Positions 8,551 to 16,824 of a DNA stretch of 32,198 bases are shown here, one piece after another. The stretch lies in the IMG/VR virus record IMGVR_UViG_3300047400_000237, positions 1-32,198 of that record; one strand, 5' to 3'. Each line of letters begins with the position of its first letter. Position 1 is the stretch's first letter. The position numbers and the translations under genes are program-made. The stretch comes from a virus. Its lineage: Duplodnaviria; Caudoviricetes. Below the pieces are notes generated by a model. The model was not told the origin of the DNA. It did no database searches and saw only the letters and a list, made by a program, of their open reading frames with translations.

Positions 8551-10011
8551 CTAGATTCGCTTGCTCTTCCACTCCTGATATATCAGGTCTAGCTTTTGGT
8601 GTATCCGCTCAGGGGTAACACCGTAAGCCGCACAAACCGGTCCAGCCCAAGCCACCTGCTGTGTGTCCTGATCCACCATATCCACCGTTGGGCAAGAATC
8701 GAGCGTGTAGTGAAGTTGATGGCAAGGATAACAGGCAATGTTTTCAGGCGCTAAGCTATGATCATTCACCCAGTACTTGCACAAGTTGTTCCAATTGCTA
8801 TGGCTCAGCAGTGCGATTTTAGGTGTGTCAAAACAGCCAGCCGCATTGATCACACTGGACTCAGGACCAACCACACAATCCACGTATTTGGTCAGGCAAA
8901 ACACCTGCCGAATGCTTGCCACACCCGCTAGATTCAGGACTTGAGGGTGCTCAAACTGGAGGTTGGCGTCACCAGAACTACCGACCAGAGCGGCCTGAGC
9001 ATCAGGGTGCTTCTCAAGCCACTCCACAAGGCACGGTTCAAGTAGCGGGTAAATCTTGTGGTAGCTCGAGCCTTTGAGTGCCCAAAGAATGGTGAACACG
9101 TCCTTTTGGGCTTTGCGCCAAAGCTGTGCTTCCCGTTCTTCAGCCTTGCTGAAGTAGATCTCACCCCTGAGGCCAACGGCGTCAGGGAAGCCAGAGAGTC
9201 TGGCTGTTTGGTCAAAGTAATTTACGTCCGTGCTTCGCCAAGCCTTGCTCGTGTAAAAGTCGTTCCGGCCTTCCACCCGAAGCAGCTTGCCTTCAATAGA
9301 CTCGGACAGATTGATGTACTTATCATAGTCACCCATCCACTCCTTCCAATATTCACCAAGCTCAGGGTTCGGGATCATATCCCGTTCTTGAATGATGATG
9401 TTAGAGATGTAGGGGTTGTGCTTTAGGACTTCCGCACAGTAAGGGGTGACATTCAGGGTGACTGCATAGCCTTGTTCGGAAAGGAGGCGAATAATAGGCG
9501 AAATCATGATCATATCGCCAATTGCGCCGTATCGGGCAATGCATGCACGTTTTTCCGATTTGGGCTTAGGAGGAAGAATGCCTTGCTGCTCAAACCCGAT
9601 CAGCTTCCAAATGCCTAAGGTCTGGCCGTCTCGGACGTAAGTGTCCTTCTCTTGCCATTTTCCGAGGTGAGTGATCGAGGCACGCACTGCCTCAAGGTCT
9701 GTGGAGTTTTGGTGGATGACAAGGTGACCGTACAGGCGAAGTTTCTGGATTAGGTCACGGAGGGGAGCGTTGTCGCGGGCACCCACAAACACAAAGTCCA
9801 AACTTCGGTTTTGGATGACACTTGAGTCAGTACCACAGATATCAACATTGGGCGTCTTCATGACGTCCATGTTGATGCAGTACTTACCGTCGTCTAAGGC
9901 TTGTTTGGGGACAATCGGATCGTGGCCGCAACCAAAGGACAAGCCTCGGCCAGATAAAGCCGAGGCTGCCCGATAGCGGACCCACTTAGACTTAACGACT
10001 TCAGGCTGCAT
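8551..10011 (-). CDS. GT9-family (WaaC/WaaF-like, ADP-heptose-type) glycosyltransferase fused to an N-terminal degenerate class I methyltransferase-like domain
   Basis: IARYGAIGDMIMISPIIRLL, VLKHNPYISNI, GSSYHKIYP, VVGPESSVINAAGCFDTPKIALLS, C-terminal CYPC...C...C; N-terminal GRGLSFGCGHD...SLDFVF; start reassigned to MQPEVV (10011). Confidence 0.8.
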   Translation of the reverse strand: MQPEVVKSKWVRYRAASALSGRGLSFGCGHDPIVPKQALDDGKYCINMDVMKTPNVDICGTDSSVIQNRSLDFVFVGARDNAPLRDLIQKLRLYGHLVIHQNSTDLEAVRASITHLGKWQEKDTYVRDGQTLGIWKLIGFEQQGILPPKPKSEKRACIARYGAIGDMIMISPIIRLLSEQGYAVTLNVTPYCAEVLKHNPYISNIIIQERDMIPNPELGEYWKEWMGDYDKYINLSESIEGKLLRVEGRNDFYTSKAWRSTDVNYFDQTARLSGFPDAVGLRGEIYFSKAEEREAQLWRKAQKDVFTILWALKGSSYHKIYPLLEPCLVEWLEKHPDAQAALVGSSGDANLQFEHPQVLNLAGVASIRQVFCLTKYVDCVVGPESSVINAAGCFDTPKIALLSHSNWNNLCKYWVNDHSLAPENIACYPCHQLHYTLDSCPTVDMVDQDTQQVAWAGPVCAAYGVTPERIHQKLDLIYQEWKSKRI

Positions 10012-10462
10012 CTTCGACGTCAGAGTCTTCGCGGTCAGGCTGGCCGTATCCAATCGTGAAATTGAATTTGCCACCGGGATAAACCCGGCGTGTCTTGCCT
10101 GAATGCGCTTTCATGTGGGCCATAATACTGTTTGGCGACCACCGAATCTGAGCATCACAGATGTCACAACGTAAATCGTGGGCTTCTAGACCGCTGGCAG
10201 CCAATTCCGCCCAAAGCGGATGCGGCTTACCTTCGGTCTTACGCACGTCAACCCAGAACCCGCCACCGTGTTCCCCATCGAAATGACGCTTGAGCGTAGC
10301 AGCATCGAACTTCAAGTTGCTATGACAAGAGCTATCAGAAAGGTGAACCGGCTTGTAGGACTGGCAACGGAGAGTAGCAGGAATCAGGCCAGCCTTAGCA
10401 AAGGCTTCCCAATTGGTGTAGGTTTTCTTTGAAGCATTCGCAGCTTCGGCGGTAGCAGGCAT
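10001..10462 (-). CDS. Hypothetical protein with two C2H2-like zinc fingers
   Basis: CQSY...CHS...KRHFDGEH and CDIC...MAHMKAH. Confidence 0.6.
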   Translation of the reverse strand: MPATAEAANASKKTYTNWEAFAKAGLIPATLRCQSYKPVHLSDSSCHSNLKFDAATLKRHFDGEHGGGFWVDVRKTEGKPHPLWAELAASGLEAHDLRCDICDAQIRWSPNSIMAHMKAHSGKTRRVYPGGKFNFTIGYGQPDREDSDVEDAA

Positions 10463-10517
10463 AAACCCCTATTCTATCATGGGGAGGAAGGGGCTGTCAA
10501 GCCCCTTCCTCCCCATG
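10463..10517 (-). promoter_or_regulatory. Sigma70-type promoter embedded in a perfect 17-bp hairpin; -35 TTGACA is the loop
   Basis: Arms 10478-10494 and 10501-10517; loop 10495-10500 reads TTGACA on the minus strand; 18-nt spacer; TGaTAGAAT with the -10 at 10471-10476; ATG 8 nt later. Confidence 0.75.
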
Positions 10518-10520
10518 TAT

Positions 10521-11021
10521 TTAGACAAACGCTTCCTGGACTTCGGGTTCGAGATCAAACGCACCCCAAGTATTGCCAGAGGCCGTCGCCGTTCCCTGAA
10601 CAATAACCTGGATACCCGTACCGGCGGCAAACACAGACCAGTCAGTGGTCGTAGTGACCGTGCTGACAGCCGTGCCGCCGTTCGCGTAGGTAGTCGTCTG
10701 AGTCGTAACCGCAGTAGAAGCGGTGTTGGTGAGTGTAGCGGTGAGTTCCGCACCCGCAGCATTCGTGCTAGAATTAGTTGCGGTTGCAAAAGTATTCGTA
10801 CCGTTCACAAACGAGAAAGTTTGCTGTCCAGTTGTGCTGGCAGTACGAACCACCATTTTGATGCCGTTCACTTTAGTCTTGCGAGCGAAAGTGGGAATAC
10901 GGTAGGCAGACGCCGCTACAGAGTTCGTAGCTGCACTTGCCGTGAAGGTTCCCGTAAACGCCACCGGGTCGGACATCGGAATTTGCTTGCGATCATAATA
11001 CTTCTGGTCAGAATATCCCAT
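10521..11021 (-). CDS. Probable capsid decoration / minor head protein
   Basis: 166 aa, T/A-rich and beta-rich; directly downstream of the capsid gene; SD AAGGAGG. Confidence 0.55.
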   Translation of the reverse strand: MGYSDQKYYDRKQIPMSDPVAFTGTFTASAATNSVAASAYRIPTFARKTKVNGIKMVVRTASTTGQQTFSFVNGTNTFATATNSSTNAAGAELTATLTNTASTAVTTQTTTYANGGTAVSTVTTTTDWSVFAAGTGIQVIVQGTATASGNTWGAFDLEPEVQEAFV

Positions 11022-11031
11022 GTTGTCCTCC

Positions 11032-11982
11032 TTAAGCAGACGTTACGTAAACCAAGTGCTGTTCGGTGTCGACGTTGTAGTTCCAAACCGTCTGGAAACC
11101 AAGCAACGCATACCACGCAAGACCCATATCACGACCGTAGTCGAGAGGGATCTTAACGCGGATTTCTTCCGGCACGGCAATCGCTTCATACACCTGATCC
11201 GCGCCGAAAAACACCGCCTGACCGTAGTTCGAGCCAGAGCCGATGGAATTGCTCAAGAAGCCGGTTTCTTCCACAAAACGAGTTTTGTAGAATTCGCCAA
11301 CTTCACCAGCAAAGATATTCGGAGCAAACGTCACAGTGTACTTGCTAATGTCCTGCCAGCCACCCGCAGCAGTATCAGCGTGCATACCGCTAAGGGCAGT
11401 GACACCGGCAATACACACATAGTTGCGACCATCATATTTCGGAATGAGTTTCTTCGTCATGAAGTTCACAATGTCGCGGGTATTGCTGGCCGTGAGATTG
11501 GCAGTGGCCGTCGCCGTCGCAGTACCGTTGGTCGTAATCACAACCGAGTTCGTCGCGGAGCAAACCGCAATAAATTCGGTGTTGATGTACTTGGTACCGC
11601 AAGCGGATTCGAGCACCTTCACCATATCGTCACGAAGACGTTGTTCGGTGGCCGGTTCCAACTGGAACTGAGCCATGTTTTCGAGCTTCTGGGTAAACGG
11701 AATGGCGTTGCCGTACTCAGTAATAACACAAGTACCCTGATTCGTAACAAACTGCGTTTCAGGAATCGTGTTAGTTTCAATCAGAACACCACCCTGGGTC
11801 TGCACGTTCTGCATCTTGTCGAATAGGAACGTATCACCACGGTTCTTTCCGATTGCTTCCTTTGCGTCTACAAACTGACGAAATCGAAACAAAGGCTGAG
11901 CCACCGCTCGCAACTTCTGCGAGAGGTACGGCTGAGACATCACTCCGCCGAGACTGGAGACTGAATATACTTGTCCTGGCAT
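11032..11982 (-). CDS. Major capsid protein (N4-gp56-like family, HK97 fold)
   Basis: QPLFRFRQF, GKNRGDT, ITEYGNAI, GEVGEFYKTRFVE, DYGR..LAWYALLGF; SD AGAGGA; follows a scaffold-like gene. Confidence 0.85.
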   Translation of the reverse strand: MPGQVYSVSSLGGVMSQPYLSQKLRAVAQPLFRFRQFVDAKEAIGKNRGDTFLFDKMQNVQTQGGVLIETNTIPETQFVTNQGTCVITEYGNAIPFTQKLENMAQFQLEPATEQRLRDDMVKVLESACGTKYINTEFIAVCSATNSVVITTNGTATATATANLTASNTRDIVNFMTKKLIPKYDGRNYVCIAGVTALSGMHADTAAGGWQDISKYTVTFAPNIFAGEVGEFYKTRFVEETGFLSNSIGSGSNYGQAVFFGADQVYEAIAVPEEIRVKIPLDYGRDMGLAWYALLGFQTVWNYNVDTEQHLVYVTSA

Positions 11983-12014
11983 AGATTGTCCTCTTTACTT
12001 TAGATTTACACAGC

Positions 12015-12848
12015 TTACGCTGTGGTCAAGCCATGCATCCGAGCTTGCCGTGCCATCCGTTCCTGGAGGTAAGCCGTCGTCGGATCGACCTGAGGTTCAG
12101 GTGATGCCGTTGGTGCTTCCCTTTGGAGGTTGACCGCATTCGGACGAATAACTTGTGAAGCCATCACCTGCTGAGTGCGGGTTTGTGCTTCGTTTTTGCC
12201 TGCGCCCCGGAGTGACAGAGCAAGATTTCGGGCGGTTTCGAGTTCGGCATTGACTGCCTGTTTGTAGACTGCTACGGAGTCAGCGGGAGTTTTAATCTTA
12301 CCGCCTGCCATAGCCTCGTCATAACGACGGGCCACAGCCGCAGTAATATACGGTTCCATAACCAGCACGTCAGCGTTCTCAGGCGCTGTCCGTACTTGGT
12401 TAATAAAGCTATCAATCTGCTGCTTGGCGTCTAGAACCGCCACAGCCTGATTGACAGCCTGATCCTGAATTTCATTTAAATTCAATTGCTGACGGATCAA
12501 ATCCGCCATGGCCTTTTCACCTTCGGCCTTCTTACCGTCGGCCAGCAACTTCAGCCAATCTGACTGTTCGACAGGCGCAGGCTGATTCTGAGTCACAACC
12601 TGCTGCTTCAGAGCCCTCAGCTCCTCAGCCATCTGCATCAGCAACTGGTCCTGGGCTGACGGTTGTTCTGCCGCCTGCACCGGTTCAGCCACCTGAGGCG
12701 TTACCGGAACAACAGGCTCTGCCTGCGGCTCTTGACCATAAAGCTGCTGATATTTGTCGATCACGGCATCACGGCTAGGATTGCCAGCCGGAGGCGCGGA
12801 CGGCGCTCTCGGATCGACCTGTTCAACTAATTGATTCTGCTCGTCCAT
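12015..12848 (-). CDS. Probable capsid scaffolding protein
   Basis: 277 aa; Q/P/A/E-rich disordered N-terminus and helical core; immediately upstream of the capsid gene. Confidence 0.65.
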   Translation of the reverse strand: MDEQNQLVEQVDPRAPSAPPAGNPSRDAVIDKYQQLYGQEPQAEPVVPVTPQVAEPVQAAEQPSAQDQLLMQMAEELRALKQQVVTQNQPAPVEQSDWLKLLADGKKAEGEKAMADLIRQQLNLNEIQDQAVNQAVAVLDAKQQIDSFINQVRTAPENADVLVMEPYITAAVARRYDEAMAGGKIKTPADSVAVYKQAVNAELETARNLALSLRGAGKNEAQTRTQQVMASQVIRPNAVNLQREAPTASPEPQVDPTTAYLQERMARQARMHGLTTA

Positions 12849-12863
12849 GAAGTAATCTTAACA
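12849..12863 (-). promoter_or_regulatory. Extended -10 promoter (TGtTAAGAT), 6 nt before ATG 12848
   Basis: Minus strand GTGTTAAGATTACTTCATG. Confidence 0.45.
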
Positions 12864-12883
12864 CACCTTTCTTTAGTTTGCTG

Positions 12884-13555
12884 TTAGTAGATAACAGCGT
12901 TAGTCGAAGTAATACTGTCGTTTACCGATGCTGTGTCCCACTGAACAGTCACATCAATCGGCAAAGCCTTAGTTGTGTCCACTGTCTGGGCAGCTGTCAT
13001 AACCACTGACACTGGCGTACTGCCAGACTCCTGATAAAAGCCTTGCCCAATAAAGGTTCCTGACGTGCCGGTAGTCCGACATGTCAAAAATGCTTCTATC
13101 GTAAACCCTTCAGTTGTTGCAGTGTGACTTGGGTATGCGCCAGTGTTCAGGATTGTGGTACCATTGATTTTGACCTTAATCGTTATGTTCGGGTTGGCAG
13201 TAGCGGAATGGTAACCATAAACACGCACTCGGATAATCCGGCCTACCGCAAAGAAGTTGGCTGGGATGGTAGCTGTACCGTCCCCAGTGCCCAAAATGCT
13301 AGTTTCGGCAGTGCTGTTGACGACAGTAACGCTGTTGGTCTGACTGAACAGGTAATCGGTAGTAGCAAGGAGGGGGTTCCAGCCAAGCGGCCTCATACAA
13401 ACGTACAGGTGGCCGGTCAGGTCATTGTACTGGATGTTGGGTGCGGAAGGACAGGCAGAACCATAGGCGGGCTGAGTTTGAACAGTTTGTATGGTTTGAC
13501 CAAAGGCTAAACTACTGAATAAAAATGTTTTGGCGAGCAAGGAAATCTTTCGCAT
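12884..13555 (-). CDS. Hypothetical beta-rich protein with a predicted Sec signal peptide
   Basis: SD GGAGG 6 nt before ATG 13555; MRKISLLAKTFLFSSLAFG-Q signal-like N-terminus; T-rich C-terminal domain. Confidence 0.6.
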   Translation of the reverse strand: MRKISLLAKTFLFSSLAFGQTIQTVQTQPAYGSACPSAPNIQYNDLTGHLYVCMRPLGWNPLLATTDYLFSQTNSVTVVNSTAETSILGTGDGTATIPANFFAVGRIIRVRVYGYHSATANPNITIKVKINGTTILNTGAYPSHTATTEGFTIEAFLTCRTTGTSGTFIGQGFYQESGSTPVSVVMTAAQTVDTTKALPIDVTVQWDTASVNDSITSTNAVIY

Positions 13556-13805
13556 TGGCACCCTCCCTTAAAATACGCTCTAGCGTGGTAATCACAAAGT
13601 CGATACCCCAAAGCTTACCGGCAAGCTGTTCCCGACTCTCTTCACGGGGGTCCAGGGGTTTCAATGTAGCCTCAACCAGCCGTTTGGTCAGGGCCGCCTT
13701 TGCTTCATCTAAGCGTGGACGGACAACGTCCGTCCACGCGATATGATTAAGGAGGTCTTGAGTGTCGATACCCTGAGCAGCCTTCAAATACTGCTTCTCA
13801 TCCAT
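13512..13805 (-). CDS. Small helical protein of the kind usually found between portal and scaffold
   Basis: 97 aa; DLLNHIAWTDVVRP...LAGKLWGID; TAATG coupling. Confidence 0.55.
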   Translation of the reverse strand: MDEKQYLKAAQGIDTQDLLNHIAWTDVVRPRLDEAKAALTKRLVEATLKPLDPREESREQLAGKLWGIDFVITTLERILREGANAKDFLARQNIFIQ

Positions 13806-14080
13806 TACTTGTCCACCATGGTAAACTCAATGCTACGCTCGTCAATCCGACCAGCCGCAGTTTGAACCCTATTGGTTACCGTATACACTTCGCCGGAAGT
13901 ACCACCTGAAATCCAGGTTGTGGTTGTTGCGGTTCCATGGCTGTCGCCATAAATGGTAAGGTCTGTTGGGCCAGTCCAAGTGCTGGTAGAAATGGTGTCA
14001 GTGCCGACCAACCAGTCACCCCAGTTGATGGCATAATCCAGGTCAGAATTCGGATCTTTGGTAGCGTAAAAAGTCGCCAT
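13805..14080 (-). CDS. Small virion beta-sandwich protein (fibre-adaptor-like)
   Basis: KDPNSDLDYAINW...SGGTSGEVYTVTNRVQTAAGRIDERS is a pattern common in phage structural modules. Confidence 0.6.
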   Translation of the reverse strand: MATFYATKDPNSDLDYAINWGDWLVGTDTISTSTWTGPTDLTIYGDSHGTATTTTWISGGTSGEVYTVTNRVQTAAGRIDERSIEFTMVDK

Positions 14081-14095
14081 GTGCCTATTATAACA
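14081..14095 (-). promoter_or_regulatory. Extended -10 promoter (TGtTATAAT), 6 nt before ATG 14080
   Basis: Minus strand ATGTTATAATAGGCACATG. Confidence 0.6.
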
Positions 14096-14100
14096 TAAAC

Positions 14101-15501
14101 TTATCTAAATGGGGTAACTGTGGTTGGAGCTGGAACCACCTTGAATGTGCGCTTGTCTGTACCCACATAAAAGATCTTATTATCAGAGGTAACTCTATAA
14201 TTTCTACCGGCATACGCCACATTAAAGACCTTGTTGTCAACCACAACCTTAAAGGTTTTGTAGGGCGCAGTGGTGATGCGTTCCTTGATTCGGATGAAGT
14301 CAGAGATTGTGCTAGTGTCAGAAACCAGGAATCTGGCAATCGAGGTTGTTTTCTGATACTCAGAAACGCTAACAGTATCGTATAGTGAGATGAGTGAGTT
14401 TGAAGCTAAAGATTCAAACTCACTCACTGTGCTAGAGTCACTGACCGCTAAGTTGTATAGAGCGGCAATGTTGGCAGTATCACTAACTGAAGAACCGTCA
14501 TTGACTGAAACCAAACAAACTGTGGTAAAAGCGTTATTTTCAGAAACAGTCGAACTGTCACTGACATTGATGACCAGATTAAATGCCAGCTTTGAGTAAT
14601 CAGAAACAGTACTGGAGTCACTGACTATGAGGGCTTCACCCTCATAGTCATTTATGGACTCAGTAATCGTGCTAGAATCATTGACCGAAACAGACAGGGT
14701 CGGTCTGACCGCACTAGATTCAGTAACAGTACTAGAGTCACTAACTGATAAAGCAGGATTAAAGGAAAGAGTCGTAGATTCAGTGACAGTGGAGCTGTCA
14801 CTAATCGAAAGATTAGTGTTGCTGACAGAGGCGGTAGACTCAGTAATACTTACATTGTCGTAAGTAGATAACTGTATGCCATAACTAATAACTTGAGCTT
14901 GTGTAAATTCAGAAGTGGTGCTACTGTCGCTTACACTTATCGAGACTGTAGGCTGTAAGGTTGTAGATTCAGTAATTGTGCTGCTGTCACTGACATTAGC
15001 CTGAATTGCAGACTCAACAAGGGTCACTGATTCGGTAATAGTAATTGAATCACTGACAGAGACAGGAGCGGTTACTGACTGGGAAACAAATTCAGTGACT
15101 GTGCTGGAGTCATTGACGTTTGAGTTTACCTGAATTGCAGATTCGGTAAGGGTCGTGGACTCGGTAATTGTGCTGGAGTCGCTGACTGAAACAGGCGCCG
15201 CTACGGTTAGAGTCGTTGAGTCAGTGATAGTGGAACTATCACTGACGGATGCCTTAATTGCAGATTCGGCTAGGGTGACAGATTCAGTGGTGGTTGAACT
15301 GTCATTGACGGTTAGATTGGTTAGTTCGGTAAGGGCTGTAGATTCAGAACCGGTGCTAGAGTCTGAAACACTAGGTGTGACCTTAACCGATTCCGTTACA
15401 GATTCACTTACAGTGCTGCTGTCATTAACAGAAAAAGTGACAGTTACGCCATTGCCTATGGCAGCAAGAGGTTTAGCCGCAAGTGGATATAACCCTAGCA
15501 T
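14101..15501 (-). CDS. Ser/Thr-rich repeat virion protein (about 19 copies of V-S/N-D-S-S-T-x-T/S-E-S)
   Basis: 466 aa; repeat period about 19-23 aa; MLGLYPLAAKPLA N-terminus typical of phage fibre-associated proteins. Confidence 0.75.
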   Translation of the reverse strand: MLGLYPLAAKPLAAIGNGVTVTFSVNDSSTVSESVTESVKVTPSVSDSSTGSESTALTELTNLTVNDSSTTTESVTLAESAIKASVSDSSTITDSTTLTVAAPVSVSDSSTITESTTLTESAIQVNSNVNDSSTVTEFVSQSVTAPVSVSDSITITESVTLVESAIQANVSDSSTITESTTLQPTVSISVSDSSTTSEFTQAQVISYGIQLSTYDNVSITESTASVSNTNLSISDSSTVTESTTLSFNPALSVSDSSTVTESSAVRPTLSVSVNDSSTITESINDYEGEALIVSDSSTVSDYSKLAFNLVINVSDSSTVSENNAFTTVCLVSVNDGSSVSDTANIAALYNLAVSDSSTVSEFESLASNSLISLYDTVSVSEYQKTTSIARFLVSDTSTISDFIRIKERITTAPYKTFKVVVDNKVFNVAYAGRNYRVTSDNKIFYVGTDKRTFKVVPAPTTVTPFR

Positions 15502-15725
15502 ATCTTGGCTATACTGTTCTCCCTATCTAACTGCAAGGTTCCTTCACAACAAATGTTAAAGTTGTCTCCACCGTCTTCACCAGTAGTTTCATCCCAACAA
15601 GGAACCTCAATCCGAACGTGCTTTACAATGTACTCTTTTGTACCCTCAAAAACTCGCCAAACATGCTCTGAGGAACCCCTCCCAGGCTTTCCCCTGTGCT
15701 TGTTAAACCTTATAAGATACCTCAT
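15495..15725 (-). CDS. Conserved-looking hypothetical phage protein
   Basis: 76 aa; YLIRFNKHRGKPGRGSSEHVWRVFE; overlaps both neighbours. Confidence 0.6.
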   Translation of the reverse strand: MRYLIRFNKHRGKPGRGSSEHVWRVFEGTKEYIVKHVRIEVPCWDETTGEDGGDNFNICCEGTLQLDRENSIAKIC

Positions 15726-16336
15726 ACCACTTCCACATTGCTGTTACACACACCAACCGAAGCATTGATGTGTACAAATCTTACCGGCTTCTTACTCATG
15801 TTTCGGGTGAAGCTATGAGGCAGCCAACTAGAAGCAATAAACAGTCTGCCAGGAACCAGCTTATAATTGATGGATTGGCTGGCAATTGAGGCCACAGACA
15901 TATCTCGCTCTGGTAGATTCACTTGAACCTTTGCAGGCCGAGGGTCATGAAAAATGAGCCTAGAGGAATCGTCAGGAACGTCCAAACAGTAAAAAGCAAC
16001 AACTTGAAATCCACCATGCACGTGCTGTTCCATGGAACTCATGAATTTGTGCTCCTGAGTCCACATTGCATTGAACTGGATCGAGTTTGGCTGGTAGCCT
16101 TGACCTGTCAGTACATTGCTAAAGATGTCTGCCAACTCAGTCCGAAATTGATCGAGCTTTGGACTAGCCGTGAAATCCTCGCTCATGGTCAAAACACCGT
16201 TATCACCGTTCTTCTTCTTTGCATCAGCCAAAGCAGTATTACTAACTGCCTTCACTGCCGCTAGATGGTGACTAAAATCACAGAAGTACACTGCACTCGG
16301 AAAAAGTATCTCCTCATGCAATTCTATCTTTGTCAT
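15722..16336 (-). CDS. Putative 2OG-Fe(II) dioxygenase
   Basis: MWTQ...EQHVHG (HxH), LIFHDPRP, SWLPHSF, PVRFVHIN; start likely 16336 (ATGA overlap), alternative 16354. Confidence 0.75.
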   Translation of the reverse strand: MTKIELHEEILFPSAVYFCDFSHHLAAVKAVSNTALADAKKKNGDNGVLTMSEDFTASPKLDQFRTELADIFSNVLTGQGYQPNSIQFNAMWTQEHKFMSSMEQHVHGGFQVVAFYCLDVPDDSSRLIFHDPRPAKVQVNLPERDMSVASIASQSINYKLVPGRLFIASSWLPHSFTRNMSKKPVRFVHINASVGVCNSNVEVV

Positions 16337-16824
16337 ACCGTCCTTACTATCCATGTTTGAGTTGCTTCATCCCACCTATACTTTTGACCGTCAGTCGGTC
16401 TTGGAACTGGCGGCTGCCAAATGTCATTCTCGTCTAACTTCCAACTTGGAAATGGTGCAGGCGGAGGTGGCACATAATCCCAAGATCCAGTTCCTTCGTT
16501 CCAAGTATAGCTCTTTCCATCTGGCTTTGAAACTGGTGCGTTCCAGTCTGCTGTTTGCTTGTTCAGCACCCATGAGGGAAAGGGTTTTGGTCCTATAAAA
16601 ATGTCAATTTCAGTGTCGTAGGTCATACTTAGACCAGCATACTTTCCACGAAAATTGTTGTTGTAGGAAGTTTGTTTCCAAACTCCTGGACCAAAAAGAG
16701 ATTGGAGGAATGCAACACCTATGGGTTCACTATCTGGAAAAGGAAGGTTTTGTAAAATATCGTTGCTTACTACAACGACTTCAGTGACCTGATTGGTTTC
16801 ATCTAACTTTGCAAAGTGTGCCAT
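16333..16824 (-). CDS. Fibre-associated protein with Trp/Pro repeats (PxPFPSW...W.xPVxxP...YxWxE)
   Basis: MAHFAKLDE...WKQTSYNNNFRGKYAG; a family commonly downstream of Gly-rich fibre genes. Confidence 0.65.
   Translation of the reverse strand: MAHFAKLDETNQVTEVVVVSNDILQNLPFPDSEPIGVAFLQSLFGPGVWKQTSYNNNFRGKYAGLSMTYDTEIDIFIGPKPFPSWVLNKQTADWNAPVSKPDGKSYTWNEGTGSWDYVPPPPAPFPSWKLDENDIWQPPVPRPTDGQKYRWDEATQTWIVRTV

Noticed and set aside
14101-15501. CRISPR array or DNA tandem repeat
   Set aside because: The repeats vary at synonymous positions and keep the reading frame, so they are protein repeats. No cas genes are present.
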